Below, one piece after another: positions 59,101 through 64,000 of a stretch of DNA of 64,000 nt. Numbering within the stretch: the first letter of the stretch is position 1; every line of letters begins with the position of its first letter. Source of the stretch: Candidatus Marinacidobacterium sp. (lineage in GTDB: Bacteria; Acidobacteriota; Vicinamibacteria; Marinacidobacterales; Marinacidobacteraceae); the NCBI GenBank assembly GCA_965204755.1, contig OZ242011.1, forward strand, positions 32,001 to 96,000, in the 5' to 3' direction. The translations under genes and the position numbers were made by a program. Below the pieces are notes generated by a model. That model ran no database searches. It had not been told where the DNA came from and saw only the letters and a program-made list of their open reading frames with translations.

Positions 59101-61179
59101 CTAAGGGTGGATCTCCGCGCTCCAGGTCTCGCCGTCGCCGCTTCGGTATTGGCCGGTGCGCACGCGGGCGATGCCGTAGTCCGGAAGCGGGACCATCGCC
59201 AGGCAGGCGCGACCGCCGCCTGCGAGTTCGAACCGGACGCCCCACCGGAAGAAGTCGAAGTCCAGGTTCTCGAAACCGCGCGGCGCGCGTTCCGCCGGGA
59301 GGGCCCCCGGCGCCTCGGGATAGACATGCAGGAAAAACCGATCGCGCAGCGACTCTTCCGGGCAGGAGGCCCGTCGGTAGAACAGCATCGGCCCCTTCGC
59401 GGCGGAAACGGAACCGCGGTCGAAAACCACCTCGAAGTCCGCCTCGAAGTCCGCCTCCAAGTCCGCCTCCGGGGCCGGCTCCTTCGTTCCCAGGAACTCG
59501 TACGCCTCCCGGTAGCGATGCGAAGGAGGCGCGTATCCCCGATCCACCGCGAAGACCGCGCCGTCGGCGAACTCCGCCAGCGGGCGGAGCCCGGGCGTGG
59601 CGAACAACACCGCCGGGGGCCCGTCCCGGTATCGGGGCTGCAGGAAGTCCGTGCTCCACACCACCCGGGCGCCCTCGGGAATCCCCTCCAGGAGGGCGGC
59701 GAGCCGTTCCTGCGCCAAGTCGCTTCCCGGCGCCTCCGCGGGGAACCAGCGCCCCATCGCGCGAAGGTCCGGCCGCCCGCCGAGATGGGGATAGACCGGC
59801 ATCCACAGGTTGGTGTAGACGCGGTCCGACTCCCCGTAAGCGCCGGCCCGGAGGAACCGCATCGTTTCCGAACTCGCCCACGGTTCGCCCAGGTAGCCGT
59901 TGGCGAAGAGGACCTCCGCGGAGTTGGCCCGCGCGATCGCCGCCCGCTGGAAACCGACTTGGCCCGCCGCCCATACCGAAAGGATCACCGCCGCCCCGAC
60001 GGCGCCGACGCGTTCGAAGAGCCTCCGGCCGCTCCCGCCTTCGAGCAGCGGGTCGAGCGCCGTCGCGAGAGCGAGGACGAGGGGCAGTCTGGCGGGAAAC
60101 AGGTGCCGGGGTTCCACGCCGTCCGCGCTCTGCTCGAGCATCAACGCCGCGAAATAGAAACCGATATACGCGAGCGCGAAGCCGCCGAAGACCGCCGCCC
60201 GGCGCCTACGCCCGGACGGAGCGGCGGCCGGGGACGAAGGGCCGGCGCCGCGCGCCGCCCCCGCCCGGATCGGAAGCAGGAGCGCCGCCAACGGAAGCAG
60301 CGCCCCGAGGGCGAGCAGCGCGCCGGAACCGCTGTCGAATCGAAACCAGGCGAAGACCGCGCTCCCGATGTCGCTCAAGATCTCGGCGGACTCGTAGTCC
60401 GGCGCCCGATAGCGTCGCGTCAGGGCGCCGGTGACGAAGTAGTTCCGGGCGAACCAGAGGGTCATCGGCAAACCGGCGATCGCGATGTAGGCCGCCGCGT
60501 TCCGGAGTCCCTCCCGGCCCCGCGCCCCCCGGCGCAGCAGGAGGAGCGCGCCGGCGAAGATCAACAGGACGGCACCGAAGTACCGGGTCGAAAACGCCAG
60601 CCCGGCGAACACCGCGGACCACGCCAGGCAAGCGCGCTTCCCGTCCTCCACAAACCTGCCCAGCAGGATCAGGGCGAGGAGCGTGAACAGTACGAAGGGC
60701 GGCTCCGAAACCCCGCGCCACGCCCATTCGGCGAACGGAAGGGACAGCGCCGCCGCGACCGGCGTCCACACTCGAAGGAACCGCGACCGGAGATGACGCC
60801 CCGCGTACCCTCCGACGACGAAGACGGTGAGCGCGAAGAAGGCGGCGCCCGACAGGTGGATACCGGAAAGGAGTTCGAGCCCGAGAAGATGCGCGGCGGC
60901 CAGGAGGAGCGGATAGAGCGGCGGCCAGGACACATACGGTTCGGCGCCTCGCGCGGAGTGCCGGCGCGTGAAGCCTTCGCCGTCCAACAAGTTGTCGGCG
61001 ACGCGGATGTAGTTGACCGAGTCGGTGTCGAGCGCCGGCCCGTAGGTCGCGCCCCTCGCCACCACCAGCGCGAAGGCGAGCGCGGCCAGGGCGGCGGCGA
61101 ACACGCCGTACCGGCCCCGCCCGTACCGGTCGGGGCGAAGCGGGGACGCTCCCCGGTCTTCGACGGACGAGCGAACCAC
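59101..61179 (-). CDS. GT-C-like membrane protein + one FFLH domain, tandem copy D (intact)
   Basis: 692 aa with DSVNYIRVADNLLDGEG, WPPLYP, VSEPPF, RYFG and FFLHVYP..GFENLDF..VRTGQY. Confidence 0.82.
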   Translation of the reverse strand: MVRSSVEDRGASPLRPDRYGRGRYGVFAAALAALAFALVVARGATYGPALDTDSVNYIRVADNLLDGEGFTRRHSARGAEPYVSWPPLYPLLLAAAHLLGLELLSGIHLSGAAFFALTVFVVGGYAGRHLRSRFLRVWTPVAAALSLPFAEWAWRGVSEPPFVLFTLLALILLGRFVEDGKRACLAWSAVFAGLAFSTRYFGAVLLIFAGALLLLRRGARGREGLRNAAAYIAIAGLPMTLWFARNYFVTGALTRRYRAPDYESAEILSDIGSAVFAWFRFDSGSGALLALGALLPLAALLLPIRAGAARGAGPSSPAAAPSGRRRRAAVFGGFALAYIGFYFAALMLEQSADGVEPRHLFPARLPLVLALATALDPLLEGGSGRRLFERVGAVGAAVILSVWAAGQVGFQRAAIARANSAEVLFANGYLGEPWASSETMRFLRAGAYGESDRVYTNLWMPVYPHLGGRPDLRAMGRWFPAEAPGSDLAQERLAALLEGIPEGARVVWSTDFLQPRYRDGPPAVLFATPGLRPLAEFADGAVFAVDRGYAPPSHRYREAYEFLGTKEPAPEADLEADFEADFEVVFDRGSVSAAKGPMLFYRRASCPEESLRDRFFLHVYPEAPGALPAERAPRGFENLDFDFFRWGVRFELAGGGRACLAMVPLPDYGIARVRTGQYRSGDGETWSAEIHP

Positions 61180-61180
61180 G

Positions 61181-62473
61181 CTACGGCGAGTCGCCCGCCC
61201 CCGCCGGCTCGCAGAGGTATGGGCGGGACTTCAAGTATTCCCACAGCGCCTCCGCCACCCACCGATGCCCTTGCGGGGTCCAGTGCTCGTCGCGCCGAAA
61301 GCCGGCGTCACGCGGGTCTCCTCCTGCGGAGTCGATGATGTACCGGTATTGGTCGACGACCGGTATCCCGCGCTCTTCCGCCAAGGTCCTCATCGCGTAC
61401 TCCCGCGCGAGTCCGAAGTAGGTGTTCAGGAAGAGCACCAGGCGCGACCCGTCCCGAGCCGCGCGCGCCGAGAACTCGTCCAGCGCGAAAGCCGTCAGTT
61501 CGAGGGCCTCCGCGTAGGCGGGCGCCAGTCCGCTTCCCGCCCGCCGGGCGCTGACGAGTCCGTACTTGACGAGAGTGTCCCCCAGGTCCATACCCGGAAG
61601 CCTCCAACCGGACAGCGACGCGGTCCCTTCGGAGAGCCGGCGCCAACGGTCGCGCCTCTCCCATCGGTCCTGGTGCTCCCGGAGGTCGTTCGCGATCCGG
61701 TTCCTCCACAGGAGATTCCACAGGAAGGTTCCGGTAACTCCCCTCGACCATCGCCTCGATGCGTCGAGCCGCGCCCGCACCGCCGGCGAGGCCCCGTCGG
61801 GAAGCCGCAGTTCGATCCGTCCGTCGGCGCCTCGTTCGGCCATCGCATGCCACGCGGTGCGCAGCGCGCCCGAGGAAACCTCGGTCAGGACCCCGGAGTT
61901 GCCGGAATAGTCGTTCGGAGTGGCCATCAGCACGAGCACCTTCGGCCGCATGGGTCGGGCGTAAGTGTCGTAGAGGGGAATCTGGGAGGTTTGCGAGGTG
62001 GCGCTGATCCCGAACGCCGAGGTCGTGATGTCGAGGTCCGGCCGCGCCCGCGCCGCCAGGGCTTCGAGTTGGACCTGCGCCTTGTCCGGCGCCTCGACCT
62101 CCCGCGCTTCGACGAAGGAGTCCCCGACCAGCGCGATGTGGCAACTCGACGCGGCCCGTTCCGGGGACACCGGTTCCCGGTCGAGGAAGCCGAGGCGGTT
62201 CGTTCTCGAGATCGTCGAGAAGTCGAAGAGGTTCGTGTGCCGCACTTCCCCATGGGGTTCCAGCATGACGCCCACTCCCGGAACGAACCGCAGCGGATAC
62301 CGACTGGCCACGAACGGGTGCGACCGGCGCAACCACGCCTCGCCGGCGAGCGCGAGCGCGCACGCGCCGACGAGCGTGAACAACAGGTTCACGCCGAAGA
62401 CACGCAGGAATCGGCGGCCCGGTCCGCCGCGCGCTCGCGCCTCTTCGACGCGCCTTCGGGCCCGGCGGCGCAT
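61181..62473 (-). CDS. Membrane-anchored SGNH hydrolase/O-acetyltransferase (AlgJ/AlgX-like)
   Basis: TM anchor, NRLGFLDRE, GDSFVEA, PNDY and DEHWTPQGH. Likely ATG at 62473. Confidence 0.8.
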   Translation of the reverse strand: MRRRARRRVEEARARGGPGRRFLRVFGVNLLFTLVGACALALAGEAWLRRSHPFVASRYPLRFVPGVGVMLEPHGEVRHTNLFDFSTISRTNRLGFLDREPVSPERAASSCHIALVGDSFVEAREVEAPDKAQVQLEALAARARPDLDITTSAFGISATSQTSQIPLYDTYARPMRPKVLVLMATPNDYSGNSGVLTEVSSGALRTAWHAMAERGADGRIELRLPDGASPAVRARLDASRRWSRGVTGTFLWNLLWRNRIANDLREHQDRWERRDRWRRLSEGTASLSGWRLPGMDLGDTLVKYGLVSARRAGSGLAPAYAEALELTAFALDEFSARAARDGSRLVLFLNTYFGLAREYAMRTLAEERGIPVVDQYRYIIDSAGGDPRDAGFRRDEHWTPQGHRWVAEALWEYLKSRPYLCEPAGAGDSP

Positions 62474-62475
62474 CT

Positions 62476-63795
62476 CTACGACGAATCGCCGACCTCCGCC
62501 GGCGCGCACGGCGACGGAAGTTCCTTCAGGTACTCCCAAAGCGCTTCCGCGGCCCACCGGTGCCCCCGCGGATGCCAATGCGAATCGCGCCTGAACGACG
62601 CATCATGCCAGTTCCCCTTCGCCTCACCGATGTGCCGGTACAGGTCCACGACCGGAATCCCGCGCTCTTCCGCCAAGTCCTTCATCGCCGTCTCCCGCGC
62701 GGCGCCGAAGTATTGGGACAGGAAGAGCACCAGGCGCGATCCGTCTCGAGCGGCGCGCGCGGCGAACTCGTCGAGCGCGAACGCCGTCAGTTCGAGGGCC
62801 TCGGCATACGCGGGCGCCGGTTCGCCTTCCGCCCGCCGGGCGTTGAGGAGACCGTACTTGACCGAGTCCCCGTACAGCCTCACCCCCGGAGGCCTCCAGC
62901 CGGACAGCGACTCCGTCTCGCCGGACAGACGCCGCCACCGTTCGCGCGCCCGCCATCCTTCCCTCGACTCCCGGAAACCCCGGGCGATCCGATCCCTCTC
63001 CAGGCGGCTCCACAGGAAGGAGGCGCGGCGCAGTCCCGTCTCGCGTCGGCGCGCCGCGCGCAACTGCTCCCGCACCGCCGGAGAGGCGCCGTCGGGGCGC
63101 CGGAGTCCGATCCGTCCGTCGGGCCCCCGGTCGGCCCTCGCATACGAATCGGCCAGCGGCGGAACGGTCGAGATCCCGGTCAGGACGCCCGAGTTGCCCA
63201 TGTAGTCGTTCGGCGTGGCCTGCAGCACGACCACTTTCGGCCGCAGGGGCCGGACGAAGGCATCGTAGATCGGGATCTGTTGGACTTGGGCGGTGGCGGT
63301 CAGCCCGAACGCCGAAACCGTGAGGTCGAGGTCCGGCCGCTCCCGCGCCGCCAGCGCCTCCAATCGGACCTGCGCCTTGTCGGCCATCACGACCTCCCGC
63401 GCCTCCACCATGGAGTCCCCGACCAGCGCGAGGTGGCAACCCGCGGCGGCCCGCCGCGGCGATATCGGCTCCCGGTCGAGGAAGCCGAGGCGGTTCGCCC
63501 GCGAGATCGTCCAGTAGTCGAAGAGGTTCGTGTGCCGCACCTCCCCGTGCGGCTCCAGCAGGAGGCCCGCTCCCGGAACGAACCGCAGCGGCAGCCGATT
63601 GGCGGCGAACGGAAGTGACCGGCGCAGCCACGCCTCGCCGGCGACGCCGACCGCGGATACGCCGACGAACGAGAGCAACAGGTTGACGCCGAGGACGCGC
63701 CGGAGTCGGCGGCGGGCGCCGGTGCGACCGAGCGGACGAGGGACAGCGGCGCACTCACCTTCGAGCCCCCCCCCCCCCCTACCAGTCAGCGCCAT
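62476..63795 (-). CDS. Membrane-anchored SGNH hydrolase/O-acetyltransferase (AlgJ/AlgX-like), paralog
   Basis: GDSMVEA, PNDY and DSHWHPRGH. A C14 tract at 63766-63779 lies near the start. Confidence 0.8.
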   Translation of the reverse strand: MALTGRGGGGLEGECAAVPRPLGRTGARRRLRRVLGVNLLLSFVGVSAVGVAGEAWLRRSLPFAANRLPLRFVPGAGLLLEPHGEVRHTNLFDYWTISRANRLGFLDREPISPRRAAAGCHLALVGDSMVEAREVVMADKAQVRLEALAARERPDLDLTVSAFGLTATAQVQQIPIYDAFVRPLRPKVVVLQATPNDYMGNSGVLTGISTVPPLADSYARADRGPDGRIGLRRPDGASPAVREQLRAARRRETGLRRASFLWSRLERDRIARGFRESREGWRARERWRRLSGETESLSGWRPPGVRLYGDSVKYGLLNARRAEGEPAPAYAEALELTAFALDEFAARAARDGSRLVLFLSQYFGAARETAMKDLAEERGIPVVDLYRHIGEAKGNWHDASFRRDSHWHPRGHRWAAEALWEYLKELPSPCAPAEVGDSS

Positions 63796-63807
63796 GCCCG
63801 GCGCCCG

Positions 63808-64000
63808 CTATTCGGCGACGCGGATCTCGGTCCTCCACAGACCCTCTCCGCCGATGATGTATTGACCGGTCGCGATGCGCGACACGGGATGCTCCGGAAG
63901 CGCCACCCGCGCCACGCACCTCCCGTCGAAACGCCAACCCTCGTCCGCGAACCAGAAGTCGTGGTTGGCGAAGCCGTACCGCGCGCGGTCCTCCGGCAGG
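63808..64000 (-). CDS. C-terminus of a further FFLH-domain protein (runs off the window)
   Basis: Not in the ORF track. Manual translation from 63999: LPEDRARYGFANHDFWFADEGWRFDGRCVARVALPEHPVSRIATGQYIIGGEGLWRTEIRVAE*. Confidence 0.8.
   Translation of the reverse strand, partial: LPEDRARYGFANHDFWFADEGWRFDGRCVARVALPEHPVSRIATGQYIIGGEGLWRTEIRVAE

Noticed and set aside
35209-61179. Diversity-generating retroelement behind the paralog variation
   Set aside because: There is no reverse transcriptase or TR/VR pair. Differences include indels and do not look adenine-specific.
1574-63205. Many long antisense or alternative-frame ORFs (e.g. 1574..4429, 34474..38538, 40119..44342, 40934..44848, 44415..48233)
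   Set aside because: They are Arg/Pro/Gly-rich shadow ORFs expected at this GC content, overlap well-supported genes and carry no motifs.

Overview
Very GC-rich bacterial DNA. It starts with the 3' part of alaS, followed by a ~62 kb surface-glycan biosynthesis and tailoring locus that runs off the right edge. The plus-strand block (2.1-10.7 kb) encodes a CE4 deacetylase, GT2, GT4, a GT2-methyltransferase fusion, a small YIGPGAG membrane peptide and a PAPS-dependent sulfotransferase. The long, mostly translationally coupled minus-strand block (11-64 kb) encodes an oxidoreductase-epimerase fusion, an ABC exporter, pepQ, a methyltransferase, two FemAB/GNAT-like proteins, a deacetylase, a DPM1-like GT2 + DUF2304 pair and SGNH (AlgJ/AlgX-like) proteins. 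It also encodes 11 complete GT-C-like polytopic membrane proteins (plus the C-terminus of a 12th gene at the right edge) that all end in one or two copies of the same unrecognised ~110-aa two-Cys domain (FFLH.YP...GFENRDF...C.A...LP.Y...IRTGQ..W). A plus-strand tandem array of four secreted arylsulfotransferases with hypervariable active-site loops interrupts the block. Eight long G/C homopolymers (14-27 nt) lie inside these genes and six shift the frame, which means either phase variation or long-read artefact. There is also a 221-bp MITE whose terminus recurs at the junctions of a four-gene tandem array, and many 9-15 bp microduplications. All family assignments come from motif recognition; no database search was run.
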